From contig SVUK01000004.1 in assembly GCA_015063325.1 (NCBI GenBank), forward strand, positions 148,665 to 212,664: a stretch of 64,000 nucleotides of DNA. The letters run 5' to 3'. Each line of letters starts with the position of its first letter. Within the stretch, counting starts at the first letter, position 1. This stretch comes from Oscillospiraceae bacterium. GTDB lineage: Bacteria; Bacillota; Clostridia; Oscillospirales; CAG-272. Of the stretch, positions 1-7,248 are shown one piece after another. Below the pieces are notes generated by a model. It searched no databases. It saw only the letters and a program-made list of their open reading frames with translations, and had not been told where the DNA came from. Position numbers and translations under genes: made by a program.

Positions 1-83
1 CCAACTACGGCGTTGCCATTGCGCAAATGCACGGCATTCTGAAACGGAGCTTATCGCCGTTTGGGGAACTTCAGAAAATATAA
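1..83 (+). CDS. 3' end of an unidentified upstream gene (partial at window edge)
   Basis: Frame 3 is open from the window edge to TAA at 81-83 (..NYGVAIAQMHGILKRSLSPFGELQKI*). A second frame is also open here, so this call is weak. Confidence 0.2.
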   Translation, partial: NYGVAIAQMHGILKRSLSPFGELQKI

Positions 84-170
84 AAAATATTGTGCAGGTA
101 CTCTGGGTGAGTGCCTGCTATTTTATACAAGAACAAGAAAAAATGTTTTGAAAAAACTTGTAAAAAACAC

Positions 171-199
171 TTGCAATTTGAAAAAGGATGTGCTATAAT
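171..199 (+). promoter_or_regulatory. sigma-70-type promoter of tRNA-Glu
   Basis: TTGCAA (171-176), 17-nt spacer, TATAAT (194-199), about 20 nt upstream of the tRNA 5' end. Confidence 0.6.
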
Positions 200-218
200 G
201 TAACAGTCATCCCAATAT

Positions 219-293
219 GGCCCCTTAGTCAAACGGTTAAGACGTCGCCCTCTCACGGCGAAGATATGGGTTCGATTCCCGTAGGGGTCACCA
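219..293 (+). tRNA. tRNA-Glu (anticodon CTC), CCA encoded
   Basis: 75-nt cloverleaf read by eye. Acceptor GGCCCCT/AGGGGTC, anticodon stem TCGCC/GGCGA with loop CT-CTC-AC, T-loop GGGTTCGATTCCC, 3' CCA. Layout matches Bacillus-type tRNA-Glu. Confidence 0.9.
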
Positions 294-372
294 AACGAGT
301 TAAAGGCAAACCTGTTTCCGTTAGGAGATGGATTTGCCTTTATCGTTTCCTTAAAACATGTCAATTAGGATA

Positions 373-421
373 GAAAAAAGCGAGGAGCAGTTTTGGATGG
401 TTGCTCCTCGCTTGCCGTTTT
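373..421. terminator. bidirectional stem-loop terminator (ends the minus-strand mob operon)
   Basis: agcgaggagca (379-389) pairs with tgctcctcgct (402-412). It is flanked by an A6 run (373-378, a U-run on the minus strand) and by tgccgtttt on the plus strand. Confidence 0.6.
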
Positions 422-444
422 ACCGGATTACGACAAACCGCCGC

Positions 445-648
445 TTATTTGTTCTGCGGTTGCCCAATGGATTCAGTGGGCACTATTTCTGTTTTTTGAA
501 TATTCAATTGTTGCTTTTTCCACTCGGCATAGTCCGCTTTCCCTTGCTCAGAATTGCAATAGGCAATGATTGATGAATACAAAACTCTGGCAATCGAATC
601 AATTTCATAGTCAGGTACACCCGTGTTGTTCTTGCGCTTTCTTGGCAT
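445..648 (-). CDS. small hypothetical protein downstream of mob (67 aa)
   Basis: ORF 28 nt downstream of the relaxase on the same strand, followed by the 373-421 terminator. Charged C-terminal half (..GKADYAEWKKQQ..). No family recognised. Confidence 0.45.
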   Translation of the reverse strand: MPRKRKNNTGVPDYEIDSIARVLYSSIIAYCNSEQGKADYAEWKKQQLNIQKTEIVPTESIGQPQNK

Positions 649-676
649 TCGCTATAGCGTTTTCCTCCTTCTTTCA

Positions 677-1792
677 TTATTTGCTCCAATCGGATTTAGA
701 TTTGTTTTTGAGTTGTTCTTGCCGTTTCTCCCATTCGAGTTCTTGCTCGATCTCTCTTACCCGGTTTCTTGGTAAAGGGATCGGCGCAGAGAAAAGATCG
801 ATGAACGGTTGAATGATCGCAGTTGATTTGAAGAACGTCCTTGCAAATGCCTCCGGCTCGTGTTGCCGGACGGCGAGCATGGCATTCCTTGCAACTTCGG
901 CTTTTTTCTCGGAAACAGACGACTTTCGGAGTTGTTGGAACAGGTCGCCGTTGTCCTTTGCAAGACGCGCGTTCTCAGATTCGAGACGCTTGTTCTCAGC
1001 AGTCAGAGTGACAATCTGATCCCGCATTTCCTTTTTGCCGTGGGATACCACTCCGCTCTTTGCTTCTTCCAGCGCGTGGCTGTAATCTGCCTCGGCATTG
1101 CGTATGGAAACGATCTCGTCGCGTTCTTTTCTGGCTCTTTGGATTTCTCCCTGCGTTTCATAGAACTGCTCACGAGCCTCGACATTTTCCTTTGTCAGCC
1201 GCTTGTTCTCGGCTTCGGCTTGCTCTACGATCTTTTTTGCCTTGAACTCGGCCGACGAAAGATGTTCTGCTTGGCTGTTGATCTTCCCACGCTCCAACCC
1301 GAATTTCTTACCAACTCGCTCGTGCAATTCAGTCTGCAACTCACGCAGGTTCTTTGGGCAAAACAAATCTTTGGCGCAGAGACGACCGTCGGATATTGGA
1401 ATCAAATTCAAGTGCAAATGCGGCGTTGTTTCATCCATATGGACGACGGCAGAAATGATATTCTCGGTTCCGTACTTCTCGGCAAAGTAGCGCGTGGCTT
1501 CTGTGAAGAATTCGTCCTCTTCCTGTGGGAACTTGTCGGAAAAGAACTCACTATCCGAACCAATGACAAACGAACACATGAGTACCGCGTCCTTGCGTGG
1601 TTTGAGATTGTTTTCGGCAAGGCGCTGATTGATGTATTCCGTGTAACTTTCCGATCGACCGAGAATGTGGTAATTGCTGCTTGTCCGATCTCGTTCGATT
1701 TGCGGATTTTTTGCCTTGTAGTTTTCATCTCTCTCGTTCTCTTTTTCGATGGGAGCAATATCTGTTTTGTGATATTTCTCCATGTGGCACAC
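677..1792 (-). CDS. mob: MobV/Pre-family relaxase (plasmid recombination/mobilisation protein)
   Basis: Motif III AVVHMDETTPHLHLNLIPI (HxDE..PHxH). N-terminus ..SYLVCHMEKYHKTDIAPIEKENER is colinear with the MobM N-terminus. Coiled-coil C-terminal half. oriT lies just upstream. The true start may be the in-frame ATA at 1804 (see findings). Confidence 0.85.
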   Translation of the reverse strand: MCHMEKYHKTDIAPIEKENERDENYKAKNPQIERDRTSSNYHILGRSESYTEYINQRLAENNLKPRKDAVLMCSFVIGSDSEFFSDKFPQEEDEFFTEATRYFAEKYGTENIISAVVHMDETTPHLHLNLIPISDGRLCAKDLFCPKNLRELQTELHERVGKKFGLERGKINSQAEHLSSAEFKAKKIVEQAEAENKRLTKENVEAREQFYETQGEIQRARKERDEIVSIRNAEADYSHALEEAKSGVVSHGKKEMRDQIVTLTAENKRLESENARLAKDNGDLFQQLRKSSVSEKKAEVARNAMLAVRQHEPEAFARTFFKSTAIIQPFIDLFSAPIPLPRNRVREIEQELEWEKRQEQLKNKSKSDWSK

Positions 1793-1857
1793 TAGATAGG
1801 ATATTGTGTTTTCACCTCCTTTTCTTTGATTTTGTCGACGGACGCGAGCCTCGCAGA

Positions 1858-1899
1858 GCCCACACTTTGCAGAGCAAAGTATAGTGGGCTATACTTTTA
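1858..1899. other. MobV-type origin of transfer (oriT / RSA-like site)
   Basis: gcccacactttgcagagcaaagtatagtgggctatactttta. Nested inverted repeats: gcccac/gtgggc, actttgc/gcaaagt and aaagtatag/ctatacttt. A GTGGG|C core sits in the last loop. This closely resembles my memory of pMV158 oriT (..CACACTTTATGAATATAAAGTATAGTGTG|TTATACTTTA). Confidence 0.65.
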
Positions 1900-2206
1900 T
1901 TCGCGCTTCGCTCCGTCGGCAAAACTTTGCTTGCGGTTTGCTCGTCTTTTTCAGCCACAATAGTGGCGCGTAATTTACATCTTTGGTCGGTCTCTCGGTC
2001 GGTTCATAAATATTCCTTTCCGTAAATTTCTCCTTCACTTAGAAGGGCTGGTTTGGGTCCGAAAGTCAAGGTTGAAGTCGAAAAATTTTTTATCTCGGGC
2101 AATTATGAGACGCGCAAAAAAGCCGCCGATAGAATTACCGCCGACTCCTTCGATTGACTATTCGGTTGTCGTTTCTGTTCCTCTCTTTGCTACATCAATA
2201 TCACCT

Positions 2207-2534
2207 CCTTAAAACAAAGAGTCCGTACGATTTCATCGCCAGATATACAGGCGGATTCCCTTCGTACGGACTCTTTCATTCCGTTATTTTATTCAGTTTC
2301 ATCTAAAAAATTGTATGACAAAAAAGCCCATCAACGCTTTCCGCAAAAAAGCACAACCCTTTCACCACAAAGCGGAAAACTCCGGAACAACTCGATCACC
2401 GCAAGATCGCGGCAATCACCCCCGACATACGCAAGTCTGCGACGGGCAACCGCGGGAACTTTCACCCGCAAACACTGAATTCTGCCTCTTCGCCCCTTAA
2501 GACAGGCTTCTTTTAACGGCAGAATTCCAATACA
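2207..2534 (-). ncRNA. candidate ~0.3-kb structured non-coding transcript (function unknown)
   Basis: Begins downstream of the strong promoter at 2541-2569. No ORF with a usable RBS. Several hairpins, for example GGAAUUCUGCC..GGCAGAAUUC. Ends at a 15-bp-stem hairpin (2216-2230 pairs with 2262-2276) followed by GUUUU on the minus strand. Confidence 0.3.
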
Positions 2535-2540
2535 AGAATT

Positions 2541-2569
2541 ATAATAGCATATAAATTTGCATTTGTCAA
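2541..2569 (-). promoter_or_regulatory. sigma-70-type promoter (minus strand)
   Basis: TTGACA (2569-2564), 17-nt spacer, TATTAT (2546-2541), read on the minus strand. It lies just downstream of the stop of CDS 2622-3449. Confidence 0.55.
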
Positions 2570-2621
2570 GCGCTTTTTGAAAAATATTTCCGAAAACGGA
2601 ATATTTCAAATAAAAACAAAT

Positions 2622-3449
2622 TTAATTGCTTTTCTTTAATTCCATAACCATATCATTAAAAGAATCTATATCTTCTTTCTGTAGTAAATGTACGGCAGCT
2701 TTAAAAGTTTGATCATAGAGCTTTATGCGCATCGGCTTTCGAAGTTTCCATTGCTGAGAGTTTTCATGCCTAATAGATGCATTGTTAAATACTGCAAATA
2801 AATTCTCACATAACGAGTTATATTCGGTTCCTTTATAACACTTGTCTTTACGCTTTTGCTCTAAATAATCGGCAATAGCTTTTAATACAGCCTTTTTTGC
2901 TTTTTCATCATCACGGTTTCTAAAATCGAGATAAGATAATAAAGTTTCTGACAACTCAGGCGCGGATTCAATAACAGCATCTACCTGCGCATCTCTCTTT
3001 GAAATTATGTATTTAGGTAAATCTTTCGTTCTATCCTCGCGCACCCTCATATTAACCATTTCAAGATTGTATTTTATGTTTTCAATGCATCTGGTACATT
3101 CTTCGTTAATAGTCGGATTATCGTTAAATGAAAATATATCAGCTCTATTGGCATCGTATGTTGGTGCCCAGTGTAAAAGATTTAGGATGAGCTCATAGTT
3201 ATAGAGAATGTTCGGTTCGGTATCAGTATCAAACATATTGAATCCATGAGTGCTTGCATAAGAATCAAGGTTGTTTGCCCCTTGCCTATAAGGCCATGTT
3301 TTTATGCAATTATTTAGTAATTGCCTCATATTTAGTGTTCCTAATGCTTTAGTTGTTACGCTTGTACTTTCCAAATCAGCTATAGTTCCCCTAAAATCTG
3401 ACACCAAATCAGTTCGACGCTCTATTTCAAAAATGGTTTTTCTTGTCAA
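2622..3449 (-). CDS. hypothetical protein, downstream partner of the AbiH-like gene (275 aa)
   Basis: AT-rich ORF 33 nt downstream of 3483-4544 on the same strand. No TM segment and no motif I recognise. Confidence 0.7.
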   Translation of the reverse strand: MTRKTIFEIERRTDLVSDFRGTIADLESTSVTTKALGTLNMRQLLNNCIKTWPYRQGANNLDSYASTHGFNMFDTDTEPNILYNYELILNLLHWAPTYDANRADIFSFNDNPTINEECTRCIENIKYNLEMVNMRVREDRTKDLPKYIISKRDAQVDAVIESAPELSETLLSYLDFRNRDDEKAKKAVLKAIADYLEQKRKDKCYKGTEYNSLCENLFAVFNNASIRHENSQQWKLRKPMRIKLYDQTFKAAVHLLQKEDIDSFNDMVMELKKSN

Positions 3450-3482
3450 AGCTTTATGTCCTCCAAATTTACCTCGAATTCT

Positions 3483-4544
3483 TTATATTGCTTCTTGCAA
3501 GACAGACAATTCTTTTTTTGCAGAATGCATTATTCTTTCCGCATTAAACATATTCGAATTGAAGCAAACGAAAACTCGATCACGGATTAAATCTTTCTGC
3601 TTTGGATTTATTTGAGCGGAATTCAGTAATCTGTCCACCATTTCGTCCTTTTCATTTTGCAATAGATACGCCTGTCGCTGATTTATACCTGCATTTCTTG
3701 AAAAAATAATTACTCTCAGGTTGGAAGTCGTCATTTTGTTTGCAATCAATTGCCACCAAGTTTTATCGGTTTCTCCTAACGACATTCCGTAAATACAAAC
3801 TAAATCTGATGTGTTAATGAGTGATGCGGCTCTATCATCTCTTAGTGTACCGGCATTTAGATTCATTTCAGGTTTTACAATTGCCCGTCTAAGTTTTGTC
3901 ATTTCTCGTATTTTTTCATTACATATTTGAGAAATGTCATTAACCCCAAGAATCATATTGCTATTTGTATCGCCGTGAATGTGTTCTATAGTTCGTAATA
4001 TATGGCTATATGTTGTATTTGCAACAGTATGAGATCCTAATGTTAATTCTTTTTCGGAATAGTCAAAAACCTTTTCAAATGTTTTGGTATAGTTGAATAT
4101 TAAGATATTTGTTTCAAAAGTGCTTGCAGAAAATGTACGTTTATAATTATTCAAATTCTGTTGTTCTCTAGGAGTCAAATACTGTTCAGGATAAAACAAA
4201 TCCTTGCACACTTTCTTCTTATCCTCTTCTGAAATTGAAAAATGAACATCTTGCAAATCAACATATTCTGCAAGGGAATCCTGCACATCATTGAGTAATC
4301 CTAAAATTCCATCAATATCTTTCTCTTCAAACTTTTCCATGTACTGGCCAAGTGCTAGTTCAAGATCTGCCCACTTACTTATTTCCCCCAACTGTTCTTC
4401 TTCCAAATCCTTTCTAAATTGAAGGATATAGTCAGAAAGGCTATCTCGCGGAAGTGCTAAATAGTATTTATAAAAATCGGAATATTTTGTTTGCAAACCT
4501 AAATTCAAATCAAATCCATTGCCAATTAAATATGTAGTTTTCAC
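3483..4544 (-). CDS. AbiH-like abortive-infection family protein (353 aa)
   Basis: N-terminal YLIGNGFDLNLGL..KYSDFY, central FNYTKTFE and IEHIHG, and late VCIYGMSLGETDKTWW. These match my recollection of the AbiH (PF14253) signature order. GTG start. Confidence 0.65.
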   Translation of the reverse strand: MKTTYLIGNGFDLNLGLQTKYSDFYKYYLALPRDSLSDYILQFRKDLEEEQLGEISKWADLELALGQYMEKFEEKDIDGILGLLNDVQDSLAEYVDLQDVHFSISEEDKKKVCKDLFYPEQYLTPREQQNLNNYKRTFSASTFETNILIFNYTKTFEKVFDYSEKELTLGSHTVANTTYSHILRTIEHIHGDTNSNMILGVNDISQICNEKIREMTKLRRAIVKPEMNLNAGTLRDDRAASLINTSDLVCIYGMSLGETDKTWWQLIANKMTTSNLRVIIFSRNAGINQRQAYLLQNEKDEMVDRLLNSAQINPKQKDLIRDRVFVCFNSNMFNAERIMHSAKKELSVLQEAI

Positions 4545-4593
4545 TGTTTATAACCGTCCTTGCTTTATTTGATTACCTCGAAAATTGAATATT

Positions 4594-7248
4594 TTACCCC
4601 TTCCCAAACCTCTCCGCCAGTTGCTTAAAGGACGAATTCGGTTGAATCTGCCCCGCGGGGATGAAGAGATATCGCCATTCCTTGTAGCCGTTGGCTTTGC
4701 CCCAACGGGAAGCGGCGGCACAATACTGGATTCCGCGCTCTTTCTTGGCAAGGACGTCCGGATCATTGAGCTTATCCTCTCCCTTGACTTCCACCAAGTA
4801 AATGATATTTTCGGTTTCCACCACAAAATCCGGCTCGTAAATATGCCCATGATTGTAGGTGATATTGAATTCTTGCGGATGCGGACGCAACCAGTTGACC
4901 ACGTCGGGATCGGATTCCAGCACGCGTGCGAGCGTCAGTTCGCCATCCTTGCTGTCAAATTTGGCAGTGCTGAAAACACCTTTCCGAATTCCCGTAAACA
5001 GAACGCTTCTGATATCTTCCGTAAACGGCTCGTAAAGGCCAACCGATTCTCTGTAGTTGTAGGTTTGTTGGAGGTTATAATTCCGCGTTCCGATCACTTC
5101 TTCCTGCAAAAAACCGTTTTTGCAATAGAAGTGCCGGAGCATTTGAGCGTATAACTTGTTGCCGATATCGCGCTTATACATCATAACAATGTTGCGCATA
5201 CCGTTCTCGCCGTTTGCGGCAGTGTAGTGATCACAAAGTTGTGTGATGAGCTTGAACAGCAACTCGGAGCATTTTTCATAGTCGATTTCCGGCTTTTTGC
5301 GAAGCTCGTCCAGAATCACTTTTTTCGGGTTATAGCCTTCAAAATCAATGGCGTCGCCCTTGATGCGTTGGCGGTCGCTCATATCTTCGAGATTTTGAAT
5401 CAACAGTTCGTTGCGGATCGGCACATGATTGAAGTCCGACAAATCCAGATCAAAATCAACGAACACATATTCTTCCACGCCGGCATCCGTAATTCTAATA
5501 CGCGGAATCGGGATGAATTTCTCTTTTGCGGCAATGTAGGTTTGCTCGGTTTCGTGCAACATCCACGAAGCCAAAGGCATTTCATTTTCACGGAAGGTAT
5601 CGCCAAGGTCCTGATCTTCCGAAATCTGCTTTGCAACCGACTCGGCGATTCTTTTTGCCGCTTGTGGTGTGACCGTATGGCTCGGTTCGGTCTGAATACT
5701 CTGCAAAATCTCGTTTTGAAGCAGTGTTTTGGTTTTTTCAAAAACTGCGTCGGTCTTTTCCGTGCGTTCCAGTTGCGTAAAGGAATACGCTTCCTCGTGT
5801 GTTTTGGTTGACGGAATATCAAACGACAACTGCGTGGTGGTGATTTGTTCCGGCACGAGTTCCTCTGCTTTGATGACGTTCCCGGCTTTGAAGATAGAGT
5901 CGCCGCGCTGTGCTTCAGCGAGAATATCGTTGAATTTGTCATGCGCCGTCAGCATGACAGCGTCAACGTCGCGGTCGCCGGTGCGTTCTCCGTAAGGTAA
6001 ACGCAAACCGCGCCCCACCATCTGCTCGCGCAGAATTTTCGATGCGGCGGTGCGAAGAGGGACAATGGTATAAAGATTGTTGACGTCCCAACCCTCTTTG
6101 AGCATATTGACGTGAATGACGATCTCAACCGGATTTTCGGGGTCTTCCACTTCCAACAAAAGCCGTGTGTTTGCCTCGGTCTCGGCGCCGGTTTGCTTGG
6201 AGTGAACGATGATCGTCTTATTTTTATATGCTCCGTCACGGAATTCATCGGAGCGAACAAACCGATCCACCCACTGTGCGTGGTCGGTGTCTTTGCAAAC
6301 AACCATCATAAACGGTTTGACAACCGGTTTGCCCGGATGATTGCCGGCATACACCTTTAACTTTTGTTTTGTGGTTTCGTGGCACAAAATGCCGTCCAAA
6401 AGCATGAGCTTGTCCAGTTGCTCGTCACCGAAATTGTAAAAATCAATATCTGAGCGGGTAACGGCAAACGGAGTACGGGTATAGCCGTCCTCAATCGCTT
6501 TGGAGAGCGGATATTCATAGACAACATTTTTGAACGGAACCTGCCTGCTTCCTTTGGTAACAAGCGGCGTTGCCGTCAATTCAAGCCCCAAAAGAGGATG
6601 CAGTTCATTCAAAGCCGCCGCTCCTCGCTCTGCGCGATAGTGGTGCGATTCGTCCATAATCAGAACGAGGTCTGGCAATGCGGAAAGATACTGATAGAAG
6701 GAGTCGCCGATGATCTCGTTGACCTTCTTCATATTGGCATCTTCTTTATTGAATTTGTCAATGTTGTAAACGAAAATGCGGATATCGGTCTCGAATGTGG
6801 TGATCTGCTTTGATTTATAATCGTCGTCCGTGATGATTTGCGGAGCCATACCAAAACAGCCAAGCCCACGGAAGACATACTTCGGGCTGTTAAAATCCGA
6901 AAGATCCCGCTTCAGTTTTTCGTAAATGGTGGTATTGGGGGCAACGACAAAGAAATTCCGAACGCCCATTTGCGTATAAAGATAGGCAATAAACGCGCCC
7001 ATCAATCTCGTTTTGCCCACGCCGGTTGCCAACGCAAAGGTCAGCGACATAAAATCCCGCTCAAAATCAGAACAAATCGGATACATGGCGTGAACGGCGC
7101 CGAGCGCGGCACGCAGATTCATGCCCTTTTTCAAGGAGACCGTATTCAAAATTTCTTCGAGGATTTTAAGAGAGTCGGTTTGCGGCTTGCGCAACGACAT
7201 AACACCGCTGATATAGTCGGTGGTGTATTGCGGATAATCACTCCTCAT
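4594..7248 (-). CDS. res: Type III restriction enzyme Res subunit (SF2 helicase + PD-(D/E)xK nuclease)
   Basis: Helicase motif I ALATGVGKT, motif II LIMDESHHY, C-terminal EPDFVV..LVEVKGE. Start placed at ATG 7248 (GAGGAGGA RBS about 7 nt upstream). The ORF-track start at 7272 has no RBS. Overlaps the mod stop. Confidence 0.85.
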   Translation of the reverse strand: MRSDYPQYTTDYISGVMSLRKPQTDSLKILEEILNTVSLKKGMNLRAALGAVHAMYPICSDFERDFMSLTFALATGVGKTRLMGAFIAYLYTQMGVRNFFVVAPNTTIYEKLKRDLSDFNSPKYVFRGLGCFGMAPQIITDDDYKSKQITTFETDIRIFVYNIDKFNKEDANMKKVNEIIGDSFYQYLSALPDLVLIMDESHHYRAERGAAALNELHPLLGLELTATPLVTKGSRQVPFKNVVYEYPLSKAIEDGYTRTPFAVTRSDIDFYNFGDEQLDKLMLLDGILCHETTKQKLKVYAGNHPGKPVVKPFMMVVCKDTDHAQWVDRFVRSDEFRDGAYKNKTIIVHSKQTGAETEANTRLLLEVEDPENPVEIVIHVNMLKEGWDVNNLYTIVPLRTAASKILREQMVGRGLRLPYGERTGDRDVDAVMLTAHDKFNDILAEAQRGDSIFKAGNVIKAEELVPEQITTTQLSFDIPSTKTHEEAYSFTQLERTEKTDAVFEKTKTLLQNEILQSIQTEPSHTVTPQAAKRIAESVAKQISEDQDLGDTFRENEMPLASWMLHETEQTYIAAKEKFIPIPRIRITDAGVEEYVFVDFDLDLSDFNHVPIRNELLIQNLEDMSDRQRIKGDAIDFEGYNPKKVILDELRKKPEIDYEKCSELLFKLITQLCDHYTAANGENGMRNIVMMYKRDIGNKLYAQMLRHFYCKNGFLQEEVIGTRNYNLQQTYNYRESVGLYEPFTEDIRSVLFTGIRKGVFSTAKFDSKDGELTLARVLESDPDVVNWLRPHPQEFNITYNHGHIYEPDFVVETENIIYLVEVKGEDKLNDPDVLAKKERGIQYCAAASRWGKANGYKEWRYLFIPAGQIQPNSSFKQLAERFGKG

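Noticed and set aside
353-360. 8-mer aaaacatg shared with 12862-12869, considered as att core of island 1
   Set aside because: A single 8-bp match between two ~100-bp flanks is expected by chance at appreciable frequency. I kept it only as a note and not as a called repeat.
71-364. 97-aa minus-strand ORF and 61-aa plus-strand ORF (188-373)
   Set aside because: Both run across the tRNA-Glu gene and its promoter and terminator. Their open frames are explained by the RNA gene.
860-1795. 311-aa plus-strand ORF
   Set aside because: It is antisense to the MobV relaxase, whose HxDE..PHxH motif is clear. The same reasoning applies to the antisense or off-frame ORFs 13127-14092, 28340-29089, 29652-30728, 34846-35844, 43188-44534, 45827-47074, 49658-50869, 55727-56548, 59149-60249 and 61594-62769.
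2315-2609. 61-aa (+) and 92-aa (-) ORFs in the island-1 non-coding stretch
   Set aside because: Neither has an RBS. Their compositions are Arg/Cys/Pro-rich and atypical. The minus-strand ORF would start upstream of the promoter that I think drives this region.
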